Assembly: GCA_013265495.1 (NCBI GenBank)
Contig: MU059829.1
Location: forward strand, 2,976,001-3,040,000
Length of the DNA stretch: 64,000 nt
Source of the DNA: Vicugna vicugna
Taxonomy: Eukaryota
Reading direction: 5' to 3'
Positions 36,636-49,244 of the stretch are shown here, one piece after another (position 1 is the stretch's first letter; every line of letters starts with the position of its first letter). Under the pieces are notes generated by a model. It ran no database searches. It saw only the letters and a list, made by a program, of their open reading frames with translations, and had not been told where the DNA came from. The position numbers and the translations under genes were made by a program.

Positions 36636-37887
36636 GAGTGGCCACAAGTAGCTTGCTGTTTCTACTTCCAGGCGTTATTTCCATGGTGATTTTGATTACT
36701 CTAACTTATCCAGAAAAACCAATTGTTTGAATTGTTTGCTTCTTATGAATAAAAATGCAGAATCTGTTCAAAAATATGTTAACATCTCTTGCTGGCTTTT
36801 AAACATAACACAACAGCACTGTAAGAAACCAATTGTAAATACTGTGAAAACAAAATTTCAAATCCACTTACTTCCAAGTTGTAAAGCGCGATTGCCTATA
36901 CAACTAGTTTTGTTTGAGGTACGAGACACTAAACCCTGTGTTTCTGAATGACAGTTCCAAAGTTCTGTCTCTTAGCCTCTGTTTACACTAGGCGAGTCAT
37001 CTTTCTTTTCTTACCTTGTGAAAAGTGCATGTTGCTTTCACTATAATATGATTTTACCTGTATTCTCTCTGTGCCTGTCTTCGGGTATTTTCCATTTCCC
37101 TAATCTTTTATAAAGTAAACTTGTGTGTTATAACATCTTTCGGTGAAATTTCCCTGAGGATAGGAATCATAGAGGCAAACTCATGGCATATTAGAGTTGA
37201 AAGAAAACACTGAAATAATTTAGCCCAAGGTGTTTACAGGAGAAGAAGGAGAGAAACAGACACGGGTAGGAATGTTCTCTTTGTTGAGAAGTGCTGGGCG
37301 CACCGCAAGGCTCAGACGCTGAGCCTGCTCAGTGATGCGGCACATCTGGCGAGAAGACTGGGGCTCAGAGGATTAGCAGCCGGTGCACCCCGGGCCGCAG
37401 CCACGCAGAGCACCCCTGCTCAGCCCCAGTTCTGCCGCCCACCGCAGCTTGGAGGCCCCTGACTCTTCCTGGGCTCACTCTCTGGGGCTGAAGAGTAAAG
37501 CGCTTGGACTGTGCTCTTGAATTTTTCTCATCACTACATTTCTGGGATTTTTCTAACACAAACTTCCTATCTCATTTTTTCAGTGTATATCCCCTAATAA
37601 TGATTCCTGACTACTTTCCCTTTTTTATCAGGAATTAGGTCTTGTCCTTTCAGTTTGGAAGATGTTGCCAAGTTAGCCTAAATGCTGTTCTTTTCGTCAT
37701 TTACCATAGTTTGATTTTGTAAGGAAATATAAAAATGTTGATCAGGTGTACTCCCATGGCACTTACCATTTAAGAATGTAAAATATCCAATTCAGAGTTC
37801 AAAGAAAATATTACAGAGTAAATGTTTTTGACTATATATTTTATATATATTTACATATATGCATATATGTGTATGTATGTATATATA

Positions 37888-38160
37888 TACTCTTTAACTT
37901 ACGCTGGGGTTACGTCCTCATACCCACCATAAGTTGAAAATACAGTTAAGATGAAATGCATCTGATTCCCCTAACCTACCGAACATCATAGCTCAGCCCA
38001 GCCTACGGTCAACATGCTTATTAGAACATGAGCCTTGGGCAAAATCATCCAACACAAAGTTTATTTTATAGTAAAATGTGGAATATCTCGTGTCATTTAT
38101 TGAATAAGATACTGAAAATGAGGAACAGAGCGGCTGTCTGGATCTGGAACGGTTGTAAAC
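37888..38160 (+). mobile_element. Tigger4a (MER46A/Zombi) Tc1-mariner DNA transposon, 3'-truncated
   Basis: acttacgctggggttacgtcc...taagttgaaaata...taacctaccgaacatcatagctcagcccagcctac...ttgggcaaaatcatccaacacaaag...ttattgaataagatactgaaaatgag closely follows the recalled Tigger4a consensus. Confidence 0.88.
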
Positions 38161-41100
38161 ATGTGGGCTGTTCAGACCCTGTTGACCCCCATGTTGTGGG
38201 CTGACCGGGGGCCAGGGTGTTGGAGTGCATGTATGAAAGTGGGGAGACCCTTCTTCTCATTAAGAATCTTACTCAGAAAGTATCTTCACAGTTTGACATC
38301 TGCCTCGGTTCCTGACTTGGGGTCTCCATGTTTCTCAGTTCAAATCCTTCCCCTTTAGAGCAGCTCCTACAGTTCTGTGAATATCCCACATCCACGCTGA
38401 CCTTCCTGCCTTTTCTCACGCCGTTCCCTGGCCTGGGGTGGTGGTTAAGTACTTCCTGATTAATACAGTGAATATACATGATAGCAACATATGTCATATG
38501 CTTTATGAACTATTATGAGAAAGAAGCTTTCTGTGTATACTCATCACTCAAATAATTACTATTTCCTACTTTTTAAATCTAAGAATCAACAAATAAGGTT
38601 TTGCAATTTAAATATATTTAATATAAAATACTTAAATATATGCTATTTAAATATGAATATAAAACAATTCTATACATACATATATATATATAATCCTGAA
38701 ACCAATTATACTATACATTGACTTTGAGATTTTTTTCTCTTTCCTCTCATATTTCAAGGTTATTAGACTAGTATGTTAAATCCTATGCAAAATAGTAATA
38801 TAAATTGACCTAGTCAAGTACTACCTTTACTGTTAGAAGACCATGAATAATCCGGTGTCCTGTAGGACAGCTCTGAGTAGGCCCTAAAAATTATTCATGA
38901 ATCCCAAGTCCAGAGTCCTTAAATTTTCACAAAGACACTAGAGCAGAAGTGACAGGCTGCAAGACCTCAGGCCGTGGCAGCCGAGTCCCCAGGGGATGGT
39001 CACTCTGCATTTGCGGGAGCCAGAGGAGGGCAGAGACATCCCTTTTCGGTCCTGCCAGGACACATCCAAGTGAACATCTCAGGATGGTGTGGAATCAGAC
39101 AGCGATGAGGACGACTCCCGGGGCTCTTGTAAACATTCCAGAGCCGTGAATTTATACCGACTTTGTACTGGCACGTTCTTGTTTTTCATTTTATTTGAAT
39201 AGCAGATAAACATCTTACTTTAACCTGAAAATACATAAAGACAGTAATCCCTCTTCGAATATTTGCTGACATAGTGATTTTAGCTTTTAGGAGGATAATT
39301 ATTAGTATCATAGCCCTTATAAGAAATCTCCTTGTTTTTCCTTCTGCCAAAAAAACAATCAAGAAGAGGCAATGTCAAAGGAAAAAAACCTTAACAGTGG
39401 GGGAATTTGGAGTATTTAAAATTACCTGGACAGTAGGATCCTCACAGGTAGTAGTTAGAATAATGTTAGAAAGACAGAAGGTTTCAAATGCCAGCCAAAC
39501 TGTCTTTATTTGTTCTGCAATAGAGAGCCCCTTACACGTTTCTTGAGTTTCTCAATGATGCACTTATTACATTAGTATATTTTATTACATTAGAAGCTAA
39601 AATATGGTTTTAAAAATAAATTACTGTTACCTAAGAGGTAGTCTGAGTTAAGACTATGGCTGTAGAATGTAAATAAGAGAACACAGGTGAAATTGAGAGA
39701 GAAAAATTATGATAGTAGGCATTCAATTTCTAGAGTTTTAAAAGTCAGGGAATTACGGTACGCAGGGGCAAAGGACAGAGATTCCAGACAAAAATGGCGT
39801 TGTATTAAATCAAACACCTGGAAAATTTAGCCTGGACTCTCATACACAAGTCCAGCTGTTTGTGGACTGTTTTATTGTCTGTCTGTTAATCTGAGATTCA
39901 AAACAATACAGATCAGAGCAATGTGTTTTTTGACAACTTACTTCTGTGTAAACTATCCATTTGAAACCCTAATGTTGTGATAATAAGAATTTATTGTCCA
40001 AATGTTAACAATTCTTTTTTTTTTTTTTACCAGTTTCTACAAAGCTTGTCAATATGTGCTTACTAGTCTGGGATCAAAACTAGCTAAAGGCTGAGACTGT
40101 GCAAATATTCAATAGGAAGAGAAAAGTACCAGAAATTCTGTTATGCATGTAGAAATGTCCCACATGGTGCTCCTTATGTAAAAATACTCCTGTTACGGCT
40201 AAGTGACAGAAAGTGCTATAGCAGCAAAATGTTGTGGAAATTAACATTTAGTCAAGTTATTGGTTTTTGAGGAAAGAGTAAAATGGTTAAGTTTCATTCT
40301 TGTTGAGATAAAACCTCTTGCAAATCAAAAAGGTGAAATGCATTAGAAAGTAGATATTACTTTTCATTTCAGTAAAGACTGCGTCCATTAGATGTCGAAG
40401 AACAAATGTCAGTGCTGAGTTATTTCAAACTGATTATAGCAGGAAAGTCTGAAGTATCCCCCAAACACATACACCTCGAATGGGGTGTCAATCATCTAAA
40501 GGTCACTGATAGAGTGGAGATATTGCTACTAAGGAATTTCAACTGGAGTGTGTTCTGTATACCAACATTCCTGATCATTACGCAACTGAAAACACATGTC
40601 ACCTCTCAGAAGGTTTCAAATAGTTAGAATTAGTCTCAGAATTGATCCAGCTGAAACATGTCTTTAGGTCTCTAAAGAAATAAACAATAAAAATATGCTG
40701 TAATAAATCACAGGAGCAGTTTCACTAAAAAGTGTGAGTTTAAATGGTTCTTATTTTGGATTATTTATTCCAAAGGTATATAAACTAAATTTTAAATTAA
40801 AAAATGGCATTGCACATGAAAATTTAATATTCAAGTCAACTCATTGTTCTAATGCTCTGGAGGGAGCTTATGGCCCATGTGGAAAGGCTGTGAAACTGGT
40901 CTTTTTACTACAGGAAAATCGCCACCAGGTGGTATTTGAACTAAAGCCCTATGGTTGGAACCACATGGCTTACCGTGTGTATGTTTGGGAGGGACTACAG
41001 ATGAAAACATGTTTTTCCTTTACTTTTTGGTTCTGTGCCTTTTAATATAGAAGAAATTTTATTATTAAGAATTTTTAAAAATGATTTTTTAAAAACCCAC

Positions 41101-41189
41101 TTTAATTTCCAGAGTCCTGTAATATGCAATGCTCATTAACTCACTGCAGCAAATGTGAGGAAAGGAACCTGGATTTTATAATCAACTAG

Positions 41190-41345
41190 GTAATGTCTGT
41201 CCTCAGTTTTCTTTCCTGTAAAATGAGTTTAATATTATCTCCTCATGGAATGATTCTATGGATTCAGTTTAAAATACATGTACATGATACTTGGAATTTC
41301 AAGCCAAGATTCTCTGTTTCATTTTACATCATCATCATCATTATT
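41190..41345 (+). mobile_element. MIR fragment (a second one at about 41585-41680)
   Basis: tctgtcctcagttttctttcctgtaaaatgagtttaatattatctcctcatggaatgattctatggattcagttt; tacctcacaggaatcttgtgagggtctagtgagatg. Confidence 0.6.
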
Positions 41346-42854
41346 CTTAGCACTTCGTTTCTAATTATTTCTGATTGTTTCACTAACGTTAATCTTGTCT
41401 CCATTACCTTAATTGTTTATAATCTCTATTATCATAGTAGTTACTTAGACTCTTTTTGTATTAGTTGCTTCCTTTGCTATAGACTAGTTTAGCTGTATAG
41501 TTTGTTCAGAATAAATTCATATTGAATTTTGATTGACAAGCACATGTCCTCAAAGAACAGGATAATTTGATGGGAGAAGCACATTCCTTACTGCTCTACA
41601 TACCTCACAGGAATCTTGTGAGGGTCTAGTGAGATGTTGTGAATCAACATGCTTTGAAAAAAGTCATTTAATTATGCATACATTGATAGAATTTACACAT
41701 TTTAAATCTAAATTAATTCAAAGTCTTTTACAAACTGTCTAATTTGTGTCTGTTCATCCACTTGCATAATTTTACATCTTGCTTTTACTATTAGTTAATG
41801 ATGGGTTATGAATCTACCTATTGAATATTCCCAGTTTAAATTTTAATTTCTAAAGTTTAATATGTTTATTAATACAGATGGCATATGTCTTATGAGATTC
41901 GATAAGATATAATTTGACAAAATTAGAGTTAAAATGATATTAAGCCCAGTAATTCCTGTCTTTTGAAAGCATTTCTCTGAGGCACCAGGGATCCTGCTTG
42001 AAGCAGATTGATTTTCATGACTCTTTACAACTTTAAAGTTTCAGTTTGCAGAGAAGTTAATTGCTGATGGAATAGATAGTTGAGATTTATGGAACTCATT
42101 GTTTACTTGTACACAACCTGTTTTTCACCATTTTTTTCTATCATTATCCCATTAAAAGCCTATCTCTGTTTCAGAAAATCAGCCATATTTTATATTCAGT
42201 CTTTCATCACTTTTCTGTTATCTCTGCAAGCCATTCAGACTTATCTGATTCACTCAGTGCTCTCAGAGAATACCAACTAAGTACCTTTTCTTGACTAAGT
42301 ACGCAACTTTGACATTATCTTTAAAAAGGTCCAGAGTGTTTTGATCTGATTTGGATGGGTACAATTTCTGTCATTTCTTTTTACTACTGTGAGAAAAACA
42401 GTAAAGGGGAGATAGAAGTAGACCTTCTTAAGCTTTTATGTTGTGCTTAGACCAGCGTGGTACTATTCAATAGTGAGATAAGAACCACACTAGAGTGGGC
42501 TACAACTGTTAGAAACAGTGGTGACCATTCACCTGGATGAAGGTGAATTCATCTGACATGGCAATGACTATTTTGCTTGAGGGGATATAAAAGCCATATA
42601 AATGATGATGGCAGAAAAAAATATGATGAAAGTTATATTCTGCATTGGGGTTTGAAATTTTATTAAAACCAGAATCTTTGGAAAATAAATGTTAGAGACT
42701 TTGTGGTAGACCACTGTCTGCAGATTGGGAATCCTGCCCTGGCTCATGATAACCGAGCATGAAACCATGGAGTTGGAAGAAAAGGTGGTAGAACTATCAG
42801 ACTGTGGGAATTGATTTGGCTGTAGGTCATGGATTTATGACTTGTTGGAATAAA

Positions 42855-42872
42855 CACACACACACACACACA
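42855..42872. repeat. (CA)9 microsatellite
   Basis: Counted directly from the sequence. Confidence 0.9.
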
Positions 42873-42884
42873 GTGGTGAGACGC

Positions 42885-43130
42885 ACGCAGCAGAAAAGTT
42901 ACCATTTCAACCATTTTTAAGTATACAGTTCTGCAGAATTAGCTATATTCACGTTGTTGTGCATCCATCACCATCCATCTCCAGAAAATGTTCATCTTTC
43001 CCACTACCTGCTAAACAGGTAGTAAAACAGGTAGTTAACTGTTAAATGATAATTCCCTAAGACTTTCAACCTCAGTTTCTGAAAATCACTATTTTACTTT
43101 CTGATGCTGTGAATTTGAAAACTCTTCAGT
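42885..43130 (-). mobile_element. L1MB-like 3' end
   Basis: aaaagttaccatttcaaccatttttaagtatacagttctg...cacgttgttgtgcatccatcaccatccatctccagaaaatgttcatctt...cactattttactttctgatgctgtgaatttga. Confidence 0.85.
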
Positions 43131-43218
43131 TTTAATCCCTCTGTGACCTTAGACCTCAAGTGAATCTCTTCCTTTAAAGAAAATCTATTTTGCTAATCTA
43201 TGTCTTTTGATTGGGGAG

Positions 43219-43597
43219 TGTATTAGTCTGCTAGGGCCACTGTATCAAAATTCCTGGGTGGCTTAAACCACAGAAGTGTATCTTCTCCAGTTCTGGAGAC
43301 TGAAAGTTCCAGGTCAAAGGCCAGCAAAGTTGTTCCTTCTAAGGGCTCCTTCACTGNNNNNNNNNNNNNNNNNNNNNNNNNNNNNNNNNNNNNNNNNNNN
43401 NNNNNNNNNNNNNNNNNNNNNNNNNNNNNNNNNNNNNNNNNNNNNNNNNNNNNNNNNNNNNNNNNNNNNNNNNNNNNNNNNNNNNNNNNNNNNNNNNNNN
43501 NNAAGACCATCTCCAGATGCAGCCACATTCTGAGGTACGGGAGTCAGGACTGCAGCATATGAATGTGGGGTCTGGGGAGCACAATTCAGCCAATGAA
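43219..43597. mobile_element. MLT1B/C/D-like solo LTR inserted in an L1; contains an N gap at 43357-43502
   Basis: Starts tgtattagtctgctagggccactgta...gggtggcttaaaccacagaag...cagttctggag and ends gcacaattcagccaatgaa. Perfect 5-bp TSD GGGAG at 43214-43218 / 43598-43602. Confidence 0.9.
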
Positions 43598-44864
43598 GGG
43601 AGTCGATTCCACTTACATTTAAATAAATTACTGCTAGAAGAGCACTTACTTTTACTGTTTTGGTATTTGTCTCCTGTATGTCTTACAGCTTTTTTGTCCC
43701 TCGTTTCTTCCATTATTGTCTTCTTTGCATTTAGTTAATTTTTGTAGTGACACGTGATTCCCTTCTCAATTCCTTTAGTTATTTTCTATAGATGTTTTCT
43801 TTGCTGTGACCATGATGATTACACATAAGATCCCCAATTTATGACAGTCTGTCTTAAATCGATACCAGCTTAACCTTAATCACACACAAAAACTCCGTTC
43901 CTTTACAGTTTCCCCCTCAACTTTATGCTATTGATGTCACAAATCATATCTCTCTGTTGTGTACTCGTTAACATAGATTTATCATTATTTTATGCATTTT
44001 TCTTTTAAATCCTATAGAAAATTTAAAAGTGGAGTTGAAATCAAACTTACAATAGTGTTTTTTTTTTAAATTTCACCCTGTATTTACCATTACCAGAGAA
44101 CTTTGTATTTTTATATGGCTTTGAGTTATTGTCTAGTGTCCTTTTATTTTAACTTGAAGAATTCCTTTTAGCATATTTTATAGGCAAATTTAGTAGTAAT
44201 TAACTCCCTCAGCTTTTATTTTTCTGGGAATGTCTTGATGTTTCTCTCATTTTTGAAGGATAGTTTTGCTGGCTATAAAATTCTTGATTGACAGAGTTTT
44301 CTTTTTCAACACTTAAATGTATCCCCCCACGGCCTTCTGGCCTAAAAGATTTCTGCTGAGAAATCAAGTGATAGTTTTATTGAAGATTTCTTGTTGTTTT
44401 TGATGAGTTGCCTTTCTCCTTCTGTTTTCAATATTCTTTCTTTTTTGACAGATTGATTATGTGTCTCATTGTGAGTCTTTTTGAGTTTTTCCTACTTGGT
44501 GTTCATCAAGCTCCTTGGAATTGTATGTCTGTGTCTTTCCTGAAATTTAGAGGTGTTCAGCCATTATTTATTCAAATGCATATTTAAGACAGTTTTTTTT
44601 TTAAATCTTTGTCTAGGATGTCCAATGCATGTATTTCTTCAGGGACTATTTCTGGAGATTAATTTTGTGGTTTTGAATAGGCCATGTTTCCATATTTCAT
44701 TGTATACCTTGTGGTCTTTGCCAATAATTGGGCATTTGAAAGAAAGAGCCACCTCTTCCAGTCTTTGAAGAGTGGTGAGGAAGACTTTCACTAATTAGTG
44801 GGCCACTGAGCCTTGAGATCAGCCTGAGGTGAAGAATCTTCTCAGGTCTTTTCTGGGCATGTGT

Positions 44865-44866
<2 letters not shown>

Positions 44867-44906
<40 letters not shown>
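44867..44906. repeat. (TG)20 microsatellite
   Basis: Counted directly from the sequence. Confidence 0.97.
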
Positions 44907-44909
<3 letters not shown>

Positions 44910-45764
44910 CTCCTCCAACTGCTTTAAATATCTTAATTTCACAGAAAGCGTCAACTGAGCCTCTTCTCAGGGTCTTTGTGCCCTGTGGTGTCCCATTGCC
45001 TGTGATCTTCTGCCTCCACGTGGTTGCAGCCCCTGTGCTGTTCTTCATGTAGCAGTGCCCACTGCTGTCTTCCTTGGCTTCCAGCCACCATTCCCCAACT
45101 GATGTCTGAGTCAGACAAGGCAGAAACTAGACCTTCAAGCACTGTGGCCTCACAAACAGACCAGGACATTGTAAACATCGTTCTCTTGGTCATCTGTCTT
45201 CAGGTGGGGAACCAGGAAATTGGCCATGTCTTCTCAACAGTGCCACGTCAGGGAGTATGTGGGGCAAAAGCAAGTAAAAATTTCCTGAAATCTTTTACCA
45301 TTATGAATGTGGCTGTTTCCTTATTGGATGTTGTTTGTTCAGTAGCTTTAGATCTTTGACTAGTTTCTAGAGCCCCTGTGAAGTTATTTTAGTCCAGCTG
45401 TTGTTGTTTATTTGAGGTTCCCATGGGGGAATGAGAGCCAGGAGCTTCCCGTTCCATCGTCTTGCTGATGTCACTACCCAGCTTGCTGGATTTTTTTTTT
45501 AATGAGAAAATTAAATATTTAGGAAAGAAAATTTTATATTCTGATAAGATTAGTATTTAATGAAGGCTTATATCCATATCACAATTTCATCCTAGTCTAG
45601 CAATAAAAACTAAATCTTGCTATAATTATTAGTGCTTTTTTATGCAGAAATCAAACATTTAAGGTTTTAAACAAATGCTTAAGGAGGTCAGTATCTACCC
45701 AGACTTTTTTTCTATTCTTATAGGGTTATTTGAAACATATGTGAGCATATTTATATTTGTAAGA

Positions 45765-46200
45765 ATGCTTTTCAGGTTCAGATAATCAAGCCATGTATTC
45801 AAATGGGCTTGAGCTGTGGGAAGTATATGGATCATCCAGCAGGATGTTCAGAAGCAGTGTGGGTTTCTGAGCTGGTCCGTGTTCCTGCCTCAGCTATGAT
45901 ATCAAGGGTCCTGGTTCTTGTTGTATCCCTTCTATTCCATCCATGCTGTTGCCTCTGTCATCAGACTGTAGCAAGATGGTACTGACAGTTACACATTTGA
46001 AATCCAAACCTGGTAAGGTCCAGAGTGAAAAAGAGATGATCTCTGTTGGCTAACAGGAAGTTCTTCCCAGAAGCACTCCTACAGGTTTCCTCTCATGTAT
46101 TACTGAACTGAGTTGAGTCACAAGACCACTGTTGAACAAACTTCTGGAAAGAAGGAGGGAATCACCCTGATCAGATTAGACTAGTTAGAGTGGAGTGGCT
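45765..46200. mobile_element. Old MaLR LTR (MLT1J/K-like)
   Basis: gcaagatggtactgacag...gaagttcttcccagaagcactcctacaggtttcctctcatgtattactgaactgagttgagtcacaagaccactgttgaacaa...ggaatcaccctgatcagattagac. Confidence 0.55.
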
Positions 46201-46767
46201 ATAGGAGTAGCAACCATTCTCATGAGCAAATTAGTCCTTTAGAAACTGTCCTCTGACTGTACAACATCCCAACAGGAGGAAGGGCTCTGTATAAAACAGG
46301 TTAAAGAAATAAGTCAGCACATTTACACAAAAATACCATTACTTTCTCTACTTCAACGATAAGCTCACTTGATGTTTAAAATACAATAGTAATTTAATGT
46401 AAAGTATCTATTATGTAGATCTTAATAATTAACATCTTCATTTCATCTATGGCAATGAATGAGGGCTTTCTTCTGTATAAGCTATTTATGGCATGATGCT
46501 CTTTTTTCCCTGTTATGCTATTAATTATAACTTGTCATAAAAATGATCATAATGAGAAAATGTTTTTAAATTAAATTTAGACTTCTTTATAGAGGAAAGA
46601 GTTCCAACCAAAGATTATTGACCTCCTGGGTAAGAAGTCTTTGTCTTTCAGGAATAAGAATAGATTTTTTTCTAATCTAACTAAATTTTCTTAATTCTTA
46701 AAAGAATCACATTTTAAGTCCTCATTATTTAAGAACCAAATCTACCTAATATACATTTATTGACTGA

Positions 46768-46908
<141 letters not shown>

Positions 46909-47924
46909 TAGGAAAAAAAGTAACTATTTGAATAACATATTATTTTCTAGCACACATGTAATTTCACCTTGTAGTTTTAACTCTTTTTCCTTTTGATTTA
47001 AAGATACAACTTCTCAATTATTATACAACTATAGTATCTCTAGAAGTCTAAAACACATTGTGCTGAAAGTTCCAGATCCTCCAGAGTTTCCTTTCACTAT
47101 ATAAAGCAGTATTAAAAATTTAACTCTAAATGGATATGATCGAAAGCTGTATCTGGGGTTTTTTTTCCTGTTTTTAATTTGTTACCTTTCCATATTCTGA
47201 TGCCTTTTGGTTAATATTTAAAAAAATAGATGGTGTGAAAATATAACTTTAGCTTCATGATTATTTCATTAAATAAACTTTTATAATAATGAATATGAGT
47301 GGCAGTCAACACAGTTTATTTCAGAAAATGTTGTGATTCATTTTACTGAGATTATGATTACTAGAGACTGCTTTACAGTTGATACATTATGAATGTAGTA
47401 GTGATTATAATAGTGGTTTTTTTTAGATGTTTGCATTTCTTTCATTTAGTTCAAGAAACTGAGTATTTTTCAACTTACAAGATGGATACTGGCATTAGGA
47501 GTAGGCTGCAAAATAGAAGAGTAAAGGGCAGCAAGAAATATGTTTTTCTTCCTTATAATCTCACTATTTTTGAGAAAGAAAAAAATAAAGGTATGTGTAG
47601 AGAGTTTAGCCTACTAAAGGGAGCTAATAATTGAAAGTAGTGATACTATTAGAGAAGGAAGAAGAAACGTTACTCATCAAATTGCAATAGCAATGGTATT
47701 TTTTTAAAGGATAGAGAATAGTAAAATTATCTGCAGGGTGGATGTAATGGAACTGGTAAAATGATATGTACGTTTTTACATGGAAAAGAGACAGAAGTAT
47801 ACAGTGCTACTGAAATACTTTTGACTTCATGGTGGAGTCTGTCCTGTTTCAAATGCAACAGACAGTTGGGATGGTTAGAGTTAAACATCACGAATTTTCA
47901 GTATATATTAAGGGGCTAGTATTT

Positions 47925-48240
47925 CAGCTTAAGTTCCTTTGAAGCAGGGCCTGAGTTGGGTATTTTTACTCAGGTGATAATTTGGAAAAGTGCCCTCTGG
48001 TTAAAGGGAATGGAGAAAGCAGGACAGGGTCAGAATAGGAAGCTGAGCAGGAAGCTGGTTTTAACTGGGGATTAGCTTCAGTCTCAGTCTGTGGGGGAAT
48101 TCCAGGGCACATACTGTCCACCTTTTGTGCCCAGCCTCCTTCCCTTTCGTCACTGGCTTCCTCCATTTGGCTCAAGGAAGTTTCCCAGAGCAGGGGTTGC
48201 TTAGAGTAGTTACTAGCACCCCAGGGGGCATGGTGTGTCC
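47925..48240. mobile_element. ERVL-class LTR fragment (LTR16/LTR33-like)
   Basis: aagttcctttgaagcagggcctgag...tgataatttggaaaagtg...aggaagctgagcaggaagctggtttt...agcttcagtctcagtctgtgggggaattccagggc. The family is uncertain. Confidence 0.45.
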
Positions 48241-48509
48241 AGTTGAAGACATTCTGGAATTTCATCTCTTTCAAAAAGGAGCACATAGATGAAATTTACA
48301 AATTTTTGCTAGAACTCATAGAGCTTTCTCTCCTATGTATTTCTTTCTTATTTCAAAAGTCACCTCCTCCATTTCCCCCCACCCAGAGAAAGAAAAGTGT
48401 TCTTCATGCCTTGCTTCCAGAAAACTTCACACATCCCTTCATTAGAGTTACAGAAATAAATCTTCACTATGCATTTTACATGTCCATTTCCCCCACCAGC
48501 CTAAGCTTT

Positions 48510-48605
48510 TCCAGGACAGGGATAGAACCTTGTTCATCTCTGCCTCCTCAGTGACTGAAATGGTGCCTGGCACAAAGAAACTCAGTGGGTGTTTGTCCGA
48601 TGCAC
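48510..48605 (+). mobile_element. L2 3' end fragment
   Basis: ggacagggatagaaccttgttcatctctgcctcctcagtgactgaaatggtgcctggcacaaagaaactcagtgggtgtttg. Confidence 0.6.
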
Positions 48606-49244
48606 TTGTGTGTGAGACAAATCGCTCGTGCAGTGCTTTGTTATCCCTGAAACCCCAAAACTTCCTTGGTCTATTTGGCAGAGCTCCGTTTTAAAACAAA
48701 GCAAATTAAATTTTAGCTGACAATGCAGAACTGTTCAAATTGCATCGTATGTAGAGAACCAGAGGCACTGTTGAATCTTCAGATGTTAACAAAGAATTCA
48801 GAAATATTCAGAGCCAGTTCCTATTTAGCACAAGGGCAAGAACAGAACATTTTATTAGTACCTTGGGTGAATATGCTCGCCTTTACACTCTGTCATCCTT
48901 ATAACAGGCTTATTCCTGACAATGTTTAACTCAGGGTAGGCTGGAGCTATGTCGATGTGTCTGGGGGGAAAGCCAGGCTGGGCATGTGCCTGGAGAGTCA
49001 GGTAAGGGAGGGAGTACTTATCTCAGATGAGACTCTCAGTCTTTCACTTTCTTAGTTTTCTGGGGAGTCTTCATGCTGTTACATGTCTCCAGGTTTATGG
49101 CAGTCGAATGATATAACATCTGAGAAAATAATTTGGAGGAGTAAATTGTTTATAAAATTACATACAAATGTAAATATTATTTTTACCATGTGAGTATATA
49201 GTGTGTGTATACCTATGTGTGTATACACAGAACTGTGATAAGCT

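Larger units (their letters stand above)
43170..45476 (-). mobile_element. Old L1 5' portion (5' UTR, ORF1, ORF2 start), antisense, interrupted by the MLT1 LTR
   Basis: ctaatctatgtcttttgattggggag|...tccacttacatttaaa; taactccctcagcttttatt; tttttgaaggatagttttgctggctataaaattctt; ctgctgagaaatc; ends in catcgtcttgctgatgtcact (reverse-complement L1 5' terminus). Confidence 0.85.
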
